A stretch of 57,977 nucleotides of DNA. Source: an uncultured bacterium. Lineage in GTDB: Bacteria > Verrucomicrobiota > Kiritimatiellia > RFP12 > UBA1067. Shown here piece by piece: positions 49,281 through 57,399 of this stretch (position 1 is its first letter; the number at the start of each line of letters is the position of its first letter). The stretch is taken from the NCBI GenBank assembly GCA_903935195.1, contig CAIZQW010000151.1, positions 1 through 57,977 on the forward strand, read 5' to 3'. The translations under genes and the position numbers were made by a program. The notes under the pieces are model-generated. The model saw only the letters and a list, made by a program, of their open reading frames with translations, was not told the DNA's origin and ran no database searches.

Positions 49281-50072
49281 TTAGGCAACCCCCTTGTCTT
49301 GCAATAGTTTAATAATCGCCTCGACAGCAACTTTGGGCTCCTCGCGGCCATCCATGCGCATCCCGCCTGTCTTCACAGGGGGAGCAAAAATCTTGACAAC
49401 CTTTGTCGGGGACCCATTGAGTCCGCATAAGGCAGGTTCGGCATTGACATCGTTGGCGCCCCATTTAGGGATGTCTGCCTTTTTGGCGATCATCCAGCCA
49501 CCTAAGCTTGCAAACCGTGGCGTAGAAGCTTCCTTGACGACCGTCATGACGGCGGGCAACTTTCCTTCAATGACATCCGTGCCCTCATCCATGTGCGTCT
49601 CGACAATAAAGGTGTCACCCTTGATTTCAAGGGCTTTCACGTAGGTGATGAGGGTATAGTTCAAAAATTCGGATACGCCAGGTCCAACTTGGGCGGTGTC
49701 CCCGTCAATGGCCTGTTTGCCGAAAAAGACGAGGTCAGGGTTGGGGTTGATTTTTTTGATCGCTTGTGCAATGGCGTAAGAGGTTGCCCAGGTGTCAGCA
49801 CCTGCAAAGGCACGGTCTGTCAGCAACACGCCGTCATCAGCGCCTCGTGCCATGGCTTCGCGCAGGACGATATCGGCTTGTGGGGGACCCATCGTGATGA
49901 CCGTCACGCGAGCGCCATGCTTATCCTTTAATTTGAGAGCCTCTTCCAATGCGTATTCATCATACGGATTGATGATGCTTTCAACGCCCTCGCGTATCAA
50001 TGTATTCGTCTCCGGATTGATACGAACATTGGTCGTGTCCGGAACTTGCTTTACGCAAACGATAACATGCAT
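49281..50072 (-). CDS. etfB: Electron transfer flavoprotein beta subunit
   Basis: CVKQVPDT, NPYDEYALE, DRAFAGADTWATS, GKQAIDGDTAQVGP, GSPTKV. Confidence 0.96.
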   Translation of the reverse strand: MHVIVCVKQVPDTTNVRINPETNTLIREGVESIINPYDEYALEEALKLKDKHGARVTVITMGPPQADIVLREAMARGADDGVLLTDRAFAGADTWATSYAIAQAIKKINPNPDLVFFGKQAIDGDTAQVGPGVSEFLNYTLITYVKALEIKGDTFIVETHMDEGTDVIEGKLPAVMTVVKEASTPRFASLGGWMIAKKADIPKWGANDVNAEPALCGLNGSPTKVVKIFAPPVKTGGMRMDGREEPKVAVEAIIKLLQDKGVA

Positions 50073-50288
50073 AGAATCCCCGAATTATTTAATGAGCACG
50101 TGTTGAAACTGGAAAACAAAAAACGAAGGTGGAATTAAACCAAAAAATCGAACGTTTGTCATGTATTTGTTTATAAAAGATCAAGATTTTTTTACCTCTA
50201 TTAAAGGCCTCCTTTTTTCTTGGGTTTTTTTAGTCTTGCGTAAGGGGGGCAGCTTCTATAAGCTAGTTGACAAATTCGGAGGTATTAT

Positions 50289-51863
50289 ATGGTTGATAAC
50301 AGGAAATTCTACTCGGCATCAGGCACAACAGAGGGGCAGACGCGACAGGCACCCTCTCTTGGCTCTTTGGGCATGCTGGCACTTTTGCCCTTTGTGTTTC
50401 TCTTTCTTGTGGTCGGCGGATCGCTCTGGTGGTGGTATGGGTGGCGGATTGAGCCGGAAAACGGAAAATTTGCTGTTCTAATGAAGAAAACAGGCAAAAA
50501 TCTGCCTGCGGATCAGATCATCGCACCCTCCTTGGATTACAAGGGCGTTCAGCTGGATGTCTTGCCGGAAGGACGTTTCTTCTATAATCCGTACGTGTGG
50601 GACTGGAAGATCGAAAAGACGATTGATATTCCCGCAGGCAAGTTTGGTGTCCTAGTCCGGAAGTTTGGCAAGAATCTCTCCGGCGGAGAGATCATCGCCA
50701 AAGATAACACCTACAAAGGCATCGTGCGAGAGGTGTTAGGCACGGGCAAACATCGTGTTAATCCTTATGCGTATGAAATCAAGCTTTTCAATGATATCAA
50801 GATCGCACCTGGACATGTCGGTGTGGTGACGGCGTTGTGTGGTAATGATATTCTAAATAATGATGCCAAAGGATCGAATATTTCAAAAAAATTCCTGGTC
50901 GCGCCTGGCGAAAAAGGTGTGCAGCCCGATGTTTTGAAAGAAGGAACGCATCGTCTGAATCCGTACCTTAATGCGGTCTCTATTGTGAATATTCAGAGTC
51001 AGCGGTTTGAGCTGAGCGGGGCAGATGCCATTTCGTTTTTGACGCTGGATGGCTTCCCGATCACGGTGGAGGGCACCTTGGAGTTCAATTTGAATGTTAC
51101 GAAGGTGGCTCAGCTCACCCACGAGGTCGGCGATATGGATGATATCATGCAAAAACTCATCCTTCCTAGCGCACGTGGATTCTCCCGGTTGGAGGGGAGC
51201 AAGAAGAACGCGACAGACTTCATTGTCGGCCAATCTCGCCAAGTCTTCCAGAACAACCTCGAATCCTATCTGCAGTCGGTTTGCTCACCATGGGGTATCT
51301 CCATCAACTCGGTTTTGGTGCGTGATATTATCGTTCCTCAGCAAATCGCCTCGGTGATTAGAGATCGTGAACTGGCAGCCCAAGAGGGAAAAATGCTTGA
51401 ACAGCAAACTTTTCAAGCCATATCCCAAGGGGAGCTGGGAAAACAGAAGGCCCTTGCAGAACAGAACCGTATGACCGTTTCAGCGGAAACAGAGAAGATC
51501 CGTCAGACCATTTCGGCACAGCAGAAACAAATGGAGAAGACCATTGCCGCGCAGACAGAGCTCGAAGTTGCTAAGATCGCTCTACAGACGGCGAAGGCAG
51601 ATGCTGAGTCGCTCCTGAAGATTGCCGAAGCAGAGCGTAAGGTGGTGGAAGCTCAGAATAAAGCCACGGCGGATGTGCTTCGTCAGCAGGTCACGGTCTA
51701 TAAGAGTGAGGCGGATTATATTCGTGCAAAACTCTATGAAAAGACGGCGCCGCGTGTCGAGAGTGTTTTGACAACAGACAATGGCGGCGGCCTCTTCGGT
51801 CTGCCACTCCAGTCAACGCAAGAGATGAAGGGCGAAGCGATGAAGAAAGAGGTGACACCATGA
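50289..51863 (+). CDS. Large SPFH/band-7 domain membrane protein (subunit 1)
   Basis: N-terminal TM; three VLxxGxxxxNPY repeats; TLDGF.I.VEG SPFH core; C-terminal AE-rich coiled coil. Confidence 0.8.
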   Translation: MVDNRKFYSASGTTEGQTRQAPSLGSLGMLALLPFVFLFLVVGGSLWWWYGWRIEPENGKFAVLMKKTGKNLPADQIIAPSLDYKGVQLDVLPEGRFFYNPYVWDWKIEKTIDIPAGKFGVLVRKFGKNLSGGEIIAKDNTYKGIVREVLGTGKHRVNPYAYEIKLFNDIKIAPGHVGVVTALCGNDILNNDAKGSNISKKFLVAPGEKGVQPDVLKEGTHRLNPYLNAVSIVNIQSQRFELSGADAISFLTLDGFPITVEGTLEFNLNVTKVAQLTHEVGDMDDIMQKLILPSARGFSRLEGSKKNATDFIVGQSRQVFQNNLESYLQSVCSPWGISINSVLVRDIIVPQQIASVIRDRELAAQEGKMLEQQTFQAISQGELGKQKALAEQNRMTVSAETEKIRQTISAQQKQMEKTIAAQTELEVAKIALQTAKADAESLLKIAEAERKVVEAQNKATADVLRQQVTVYKSEADYIRAKLYEKTAPRVESVLTTDNGGGLFGLPLQSTQEMKGEAMKKEVTP

Positions 51864-53653
51864 AGAATTTAATCGGTGCGGTGACAGCGTTATGCTTGGC
51901 GATGGCGGCGATGTTTTGTGCATTTCTCTGGTTTTTCTGCCGTATACAGGTAGAGCCTGGATATATGGCGATTGTGACGGCTAAGGTCGGCAAGACCTTG
52001 CCTCCAAACGAGATTCTTGCCGCTCCTGGTGAAAAGGGGGTCCAGCGCGATCCTCTTCCGGAAGGGCGCCATTTCTTCAATCCTATCAATTACGCATGGG
52101 TAACCGTACCCGTTGTATCCATTCCTGTTGGTAAGGTGGGTATCGTGACCTCAAAGGTCGGCAAGGAATTGGAACGTGGCGAGATTCTCGCTACGGATGA
52201 TAAAGGGAAAGGTATCTGGAAGGATGTTCTGGGGCCAGGGACCTATCGCCTGAATCCGCAGGGGTATGACGTTACGCTGTTAGATGCTATTAATATCCCG
52301 ATTGGGTATGTGGGCGTTGTCACCTCTCAGACAGGAAAGCCCGTGCCCCTCGGACAATTTGCAGGAGCTGGACAGCAGGGCGTTATGGAGCAGGTCCTTC
52401 ATCCTGGACTCTATTACATCAACCCCCGCGCCTATCAGGTGGACATTTTAGAGATCGGGATGAACCAAGTATCAATCCTCGGGCGCTCTGGAAGTGTGGT
52501 GATCACCAAAAGCCAGATCGGTTCAGAGAGTGGCAAGGAGTTGGTGGCTTTGCAGATGAATGCGGTGCGTGCACAACAGCAGAAGCGCAGTGAATATCTG
52601 GAGAAAAACAAAGATAGTGGTTTTGTCCAAAACCAAGCCATGCAACAAGTCGATGAACAGAGTCAAGGCGAGGAGTCAAAACAAAGGTCTTCCTTGTTGG
52701 GAAATCGTGGGCGACAATCGCAACAAATAAAGCAGACACGTCAGGCAACTCCTCAGCAAGGAGATCCCTTGGGGCACCAACAGGGGCAACAGGCGGTCAT
52801 TCCCGAATCTGCAGCCTTTGGCATCACACGTTTTGTGGAGTTCCCCTCGAGTGATGGCTTTCAGATCCTCTTGGATATGACTGTGGAGTTTGAATTGCTT
52901 CCCGAGAATATTTCACGGATCTATATGCTTTATGGTGATCTGCCCGCAGTTGTGGAAAAGATTCTCTTACCTCAGATTCTTTCTATCTCCCGGATCAAAG
53001 GGTCCAGCTATAAAGCGCGTGACTTTATTGACGGCGAAGGGCGCCAAAAGTTCCAGAATGAGCTGACAACGGAGTTGATCCGAGTCCTCAAGGAAAAACA
53101 TATCCTCGTTCATAATGCGATCATCCGCCATGTTGAAATGCCGAATGACATTCTGGCCCCCATCCAATCTGCAAGTGTGGCCGTGGAACAGGATAAGACC
53201 AATACGGCGCGCCAGGATACTGCTCGCAAACAGGCTAAACTTAATACGCAGACCGCGATGGTCGAGCAGATGAAAAAGCAAGTTGAACAGGAGACGGAAA
53301 AGTTGATCGCGACGACCGTTGCAGAAACCAAGAACAAGGTGGCTTCGATCAATGCTAATGCAACCCTCGCTGCTGCTGAGTTGAACTTGCAGAAAGCCTC
53401 TGTCCAGGCTCAGATCGCGCAGGTGCAGGGCGAAGCAAAGGTGCAGTCTAACTTTGTTGTCGCGAATGAGCGGGCGTTAGGCGAGAAGATGAGGGTCTCG
53501 GTCTTTAAAAACGCCTCGTCTCTGGCAGATTTGACCTTTGTGGATAACCTGAATCCAGGGTTGTCGATCAAGATCCTTCACGCTGGACCTGGCACGCTCT
53601 GGACGGATATGAAGGGGTTGACGCCGACCGTACCCGTCACGGGCGGTAGATAA
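51860..53653 (+). CDS. Large SPFH/band-7 domain membrane protein (subunit 2)
   Basis: ATGA overlap with the previous gene; TM; three LxxGxxxxNP repeats; SSDGFQI core; Q-rich insert; coiled coil. Confidence 0.8.
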   Translation: MKNLIGAVTALCLAMAAMFCAFLWFFCRIQVEPGYMAIVTAKVGKTLPPNEILAAPGEKGVQRDPLPEGRHFFNPINYAWVTVPVVSIPVGKVGIVTSKVGKELERGEILATDDKGKGIWKDVLGPGTYRLNPQGYDVTLLDAINIPIGYVGVVTSQTGKPVPLGQFAGAGQQGVMEQVLHPGLYYINPRAYQVDILEIGMNQVSILGRSGSVVITKSQIGSESGKELVALQMNAVRAQQQKRSEYLEKNKDSGFVQNQAMQQVDEQSQGEESKQRSSLLGNRGRQSQQIKQTRQATPQQGDPLGHQQGQQAVIPESAAFGITRFVEFPSSDGFQILLDMTVEFELLPENISRIYMLYGDLPAVVEKILLPQILSISRIKGSSYKARDFIDGEGRQKFQNELTTELIRVLKEKHILVHNAIIRHVEMPNDILAPIQSASVAVEQDKTNTARQDTARKQAKLNTQTAMVEQMKKQVEQETEKLIATTVAETKNKVASINANATLAAAELNLQKASVQAQIAQVQGEAKVQSNFVVANERALGEKMRVSVFKNASSLADLTFVDNLNPGLSIKILHAGPGTLWTDMKGLTPTVPVTGGR

Positions 53654-53681
53654 GCAGAAGAATTGCGCGAAGCGAATACGC

Positions 53682-54767
53682 TTATTCCGCTTCGCTCCAA
53701 CGAGCGTTATTATCTTTGGCGCTGATGACTCTTGAAATGAATTGTTTTTGCCCAATAGGTGTTAATCGTTTAGCGATACCCGGTGTGCAGAGCAGTGTTA
53801 GCTTTTCGGGGTTGTCAGGTATCCAGATGGCTTCACACCCTGGATAATGCTTCAGAAAGGCAACGCCTGCTTCAGGCCCAAGGACAAAGAGGGTCGTCGA
53901 AAGGGCGTCTGCTAACATCGCTGACGGTGCCACAACGGTGACGCCTGCCATTCCTGTCACCGGACGTCCCGTGCGTACATCCATGATATGCCCGTATCGT
54001 TTATTCGCGATCTCTACAAACCGCTCGTAATTCCCGGATGTTGCGACCGCTTCGCCGTTCGTCATCAGAAACTGGGCTGTGCAACTTCCGTCGACAAAAG
54101 GATTTCGAATGCCCGTGCGCCAGCCTCCACGTCCAGGCGAGGCCTCTCCTATCGCACGGAGATTGCCCCCGAGGTCGATCAGCGCGTTGGTAGTCCCGAC
54201 CTGCGTCAGCGTGTTGTACGCGAGATCAACGGCGTATCCCTTGGCAATAGCCCCGAGATCAAGTTTCATGCCGGGGTGTGGCAGGTAGAGTCTCACGGGT
54301 GTTGATGTGGGATAAAATTGAATGCGATGCCAGTCAGCCAGTTTCCGAGCTTCTTGGAGGGCCTCTTCGGATGAAAGCGCTGATGGTGCACGTTCCTGGG
54401 TAAACCCCCAGAAGGACATGAGTGAGCCGGCAAGGGGATTAAAGGCCCCGTCGCTCGCTTCGGCTATTTGAAGCGCTGCAGCCACCAGTGTTGCAACTTC
54501 TGGAGAGAGAGGCGTCAATTCGTTTTTGCCAGCAGCTTGATTGAGGCGTGAGAGCTCGCTGGTCTCTTGCCAGGTTGAAAAAAGTGTGTTGACCCGTTCA
54601 AAGAGGGGCTGTATGAGTTCCCGTCCCTTTTTTGCCTCCTCCATAGATTGTGCTTGGATGGCGGCAACCGTTCCCATCGTGAACCATTGGGATCGCGCAA
54701 CCGCTGGTCCTGAGCCACAGCCTGTCGCAGTAAGGAGGAGCGCCGCCACGGCTAGCGTTCGGGTCAT
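53682..54767 (-). CDS. apbE: FAD:protein FMN transferase (ApbE), lipoprotein
   Basis: Lipobox ATGC; TMGT, DLGAIAKGYAVD, DLGGN, ATSGNYER, HIMD, ADALST. Confidence 0.93.
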   Translation of the reverse strand: MTRTLAVAALLLTATGCGSGPAVARSQWFTMGTVAAIQAQSMEEAKKGRELIQPLFERVNTLFSTWQETSELSRLNQAAGKNELTPLSPEVATLVAAALQIAEASDGAFNPLAGSLMSFWGFTQERAPSALSSEEALQEARKLADWHRIQFYPTSTPVRLYLPHPGMKLDLGAIAKGYAVDLAYNTLTQVGTTNALIDLGGNLRAIGEASPGRGGWRTGIRNPFVDGSCTAQFLMTNGEAVATSGNYERFVEIANKRYGHIMDVRTGRPVTGMAGVTVVAPSAMLADALSTTLFVLGPEAGVAFLKHYPGCEAIWIPDNPEKLTLLCTPGIAKRLTPIGQKQFISRVISAKDNNARWSEAE

Positions 54768-54847
54768 TGGTCGTACCTTCTCATGGGGGCTATATTGTCT
54801 CACGCTATTCCAGTATTTAGTCATTCTGGTAAAAGGATGCAGGCATA

Positions 54848-56173
54848 CTATTTCTTCGCGTCAATGCGAAGGCGATGCGTCACAGGGACGAGGGCTGAGG
54901 CGATAGCCTGTGCGAGGGGCTCACGTATCGCCTCTGTACGTTTCACAGCTGCTTCCATATCCTTTTTGCCTTCTACGCCGTGAAATATTTTTTTGACTTG
55001 CTCGGTTTCATAGGTCTGTTTCTTGAGCACGGCAGTGTCAATAGTCGCGAAGGCTTTTGAGAAGGGATTGATTTGGAAATCCTCTGCCAGATTGATGCCT
55101 TTACCCAGTTCGGTTGCCGTGTACGTCCGGGACTCGCTGCCCCAGGTCACAACATAGTGTGCAGCCGTGGCGCCCCTCACCACCAGTCGCAAGCGATTGA
55201 GCTCTTGGTTGAAGGGGACGAGACTCATTCCGGAACGAATACTGGCATCATTGGTCAGTGACCCGGAGGCGCAGAAGGGATAGCGAGAACTGGTCACCAC
55301 CACTTCGTTAGAGACAAAGGAGTCCACCACATGTCCCTTTGTGGCCGTGGCTTTGCCGTTTATCAGGTCCACAGTGATCGTACCTAGATTGCCATCCAGT
55401 CCCAAGGCCTTGAGAAAAGCATACGCCATCACCAGTTGTCCTGCCCACTCCGGATGGACGCCGTCAGCGCCTGCGAGGTGATAGGTTGGTCCGTATTTTT
55501 GCTTTGCGGCATGGGCAGCGGTGAACATCGGCCAGAAGATGTCGGCGAACCGCACCTCTTCCTTGGTTGCGATTTCGATGTCGATATTGCGTAAAGCGCA
55601 AAGGTGGAGGTTGTGTTCTTCCAATGTGCCTGAAGCGCTCTTTACCCAGGAAGCCACCTTGCCGACGCATCCCGGGGACCCGACCACTACGCGCGCACCC
55701 GCCTCCTTAAAACGTTTCACGACGCTGGTGGTGCGCTCACGATACCAGTTTGCATTGGCCTCGTCATACGGTCGGTACTTATAATCATTCATCCCATAGC
55801 AGGTGGTGGCGATTGTCGGTTTGAAACGTAGGCAATCATTTTCCATGCGGTTGAGAAACCCTTCTGCAGTCTCGCCGCTCCAGCCATATTGGCGAACCGT
55901 GACGTTCAAGTCAGGTACACAGGCGGTCAGGTACGTTTCGATGATTCGGCTGTACCTCTTCTGTTCTGTGATGGAGTCCCCGCAGATCGCTAGCCGGTCC
56001 CCTGTTTTGATGAAGAGACCCCCGGGCGCAGGCGCCTTGAGCGGTTGATACTTTGCAAATACTGAATCAGCAGGTTTTGCTTCATACTCGGCGGAATGGA
56101 GCGTAAAGGAGAGTGAGAGGAGTGCAAAAACACTCACGTAACACGTTTGGCGAATTCGGGTTGATAGCGTCAT
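54848..56173 (-). CDS. Secreted SGNH/GDSL-family hydrolase (esterase)
   Basis: Signal peptide; GDSITE, GWSG, YGMND, DGVHP. Confidence 0.9.
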   Translation of the reverse strand: MTLSTRIRQTCYVSVFALLSLSFTLHSAEYEAKPADSVFAKYQPLKAPAPGGLFIKTGDRLAICGDSITEQKRYSRIIETYLTACVPDLNVTVRQYGWSGETAEGFLNRMENDCLRFKPTIATTCYGMNDYKYRPYDEANANWYRERTTSVVKRFKEAGARVVVGSPGCVGKVASWVKSASGTLEEHNLHLCALRNIDIEIATKEEVRFADIFWPMFTAAHAAKQKYGPTYHLAGADGVHPEWAGQLVMAYAFLKALGLDGNLGTITVDLINGKATATKGHVVDSFVSNEVVVTSSRYPFCASGSLTNDASIRSGMSLVPFNQELNRLRLVVRGATAAHYVVTWGSESRTYTATELGKGINLAEDFQINPFSKAFATIDTAVLKKQTYETEQVKKIFHGVEGKKDMEAAVKRTEAIREPLAQAIASALVPVTHRLRIDAKK

Positions 56174-56316
56174 AGAGTTTTCCCCATTATTTGTCTAGCT
56201 TCAGGTATATCGGATGTTACCTGATACCGTAAATTAGTTTTGTCAAAATACCATATTTGCGGCTCTAAAAGAAAGCCCATAAATATACGCCTGCTTCCCA
56301 TGGGCGCATCCCAGAT

Positions 56317-56415
56317 CCCCCCGGCCTTGCGCCGGGGGTGAAGAAAGTTTAGAAGGAGTTATTTTTTACCTCCTTCAGCGTTTGCCTCCACCGACGCAAG
56401 GTCGGTGGGCGGCAA
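56317..56415. other. Cluster of three hairpins in a divergent intergenic region (structured element of unknown type)
   Basis: CCCCCGGC-cttgc-GCCGGGGG; GAAGGAG..CTCCTTC; TTGCC-TCCACCGAC-gcaag-GTCGGTGG-GC-GGCAA. Confidence 0.55.
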
Positions 56416-56522
56416 GAATATACTTAAGATCAGGAACTCCAGCATGTTGATCGCGCAATTTTTGAATTGAGGCTAGCGCTTCAAACCAGTATGCTACTCA
56501 CCAGCTAAGGAGAGGCTCTACC

Positions 56523-57245
56523 ATGGAACATGAAGAGGGTGTCGTTGAAGCGTATGCAAAAGTTCAAGCCGTGATCGCGGAAGCCTGCGCAAAGGCAGGC
56601 CGGAGTGTTGATGAGATTGAGGTGATTGGCGTGACCAAGACACACGGACCTGATGTAGTTCGCGAAGCCTGGGATGCTGGACTCCGACTCTTTGGTGAAA
56701 ACAAGGTCCAGGAGGCTGCCGCCAAGATCCCTGAAAGTGTCAGTCAAGCAGAGTGGCATCTCATTGGACATCTTCAGCGCAACAAAGTGCGGCCTGCGCT
56801 CGAACTCTTCTCGGTCATTCACTCGGTTGATTCCCTGCGTCTTGCTGAACAGATTGAACGTGTCGCAGAAGAAACGGGCCACCGTCCGCAGATTTTGCTG
56901 GAGATCAATGTAGCAGGGGAGTCGAGCAAGGATGGGATGCGTCCGGAAGCGGCACCCGAAGTCATTGAATACATCCTGGGATGCCGGAATTTAACCTGGA
57001 CAGGACTCATGACCATGGCGCCATTCTGCCCTGACCCGGAGCAGACACGCCCAGTGTTTGCCAAGCTGCGTAACCTGCGCGACACATGGGAAAAGGAATA
57101 TGGCGTTGGCTTACCCCGTCTCTCCATGGGCATGAGCAACGACTATCGCGTCGCTGTCGAAGAGGGTGCCACGTGGCTTCGCCTCGGTACCGTCCTTTTT
57201 GGTCATCGCCCCAAATGGCGTCCGGTCGCAGAGGAGAGTTTTTGA
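56523..57245 (+). CDS. yggS: YggS/PROSC pyridoxal phosphate homeostasis protein
   Basis: GVTKT, FGENKVQE, WHLIGHLQRNK, HSVDS, GLMTM, LSMGMSNDY, RLGTVLFG. Confidence 0.95.
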   Translation: MEHEEGVVEAYAKVQAVIAEACAKAGRSVDEIEVIGVTKTHGPDVVREAWDAGLRLFGENKVQEAAAKIPESVSQAEWHLIGHLQRNKVRPALELFSVIHSVDSLRLAEQIERVAEETGHRPQILLEINVAGESSKDGMRPEAAPEVIEYILGCRNLTWTGLMTMAPFCPDPEQTRPVFAKLRNLRDTWEKEYGVGLPRLSMGMSNDYRVAVEEGATWLRLGTVLFGHRPKWRPVAEESF

Positions 57246-57371
57246 CAGGATTTACAGGATTGACAATTTTACCGCAAAGAACGCAGAGAACGCATAGAAA
57301 AGAGTTGTACATCTGATTGCGAAACAAAGAATTTAGAAGTTGATCTTTGAGATCTCTGCGGTCTTTGCGGT
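57242..57371. repeat. TT(G/T)ACAGGA nonamers followed by an inverted nonamer element (ACCGCAAAG/AACGCAGAG)
   Basis: accgcaaagaacgcagag (57271-57288) pairs with ctctgcggtctttgcggt (57354-57371) at 17/18. Confidence 0.8.
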
Positions 57372-57399
57372 TAAATAAAATCAAGTTATAGGTAGAGAT

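Noticed and set aside
56290-56415. Assignment to a known riboswitch (c-di-GMP, SAM, cobalamin)
   Set aside because: I could not match the conserved cores by eye; kept only as an unassigned structured element
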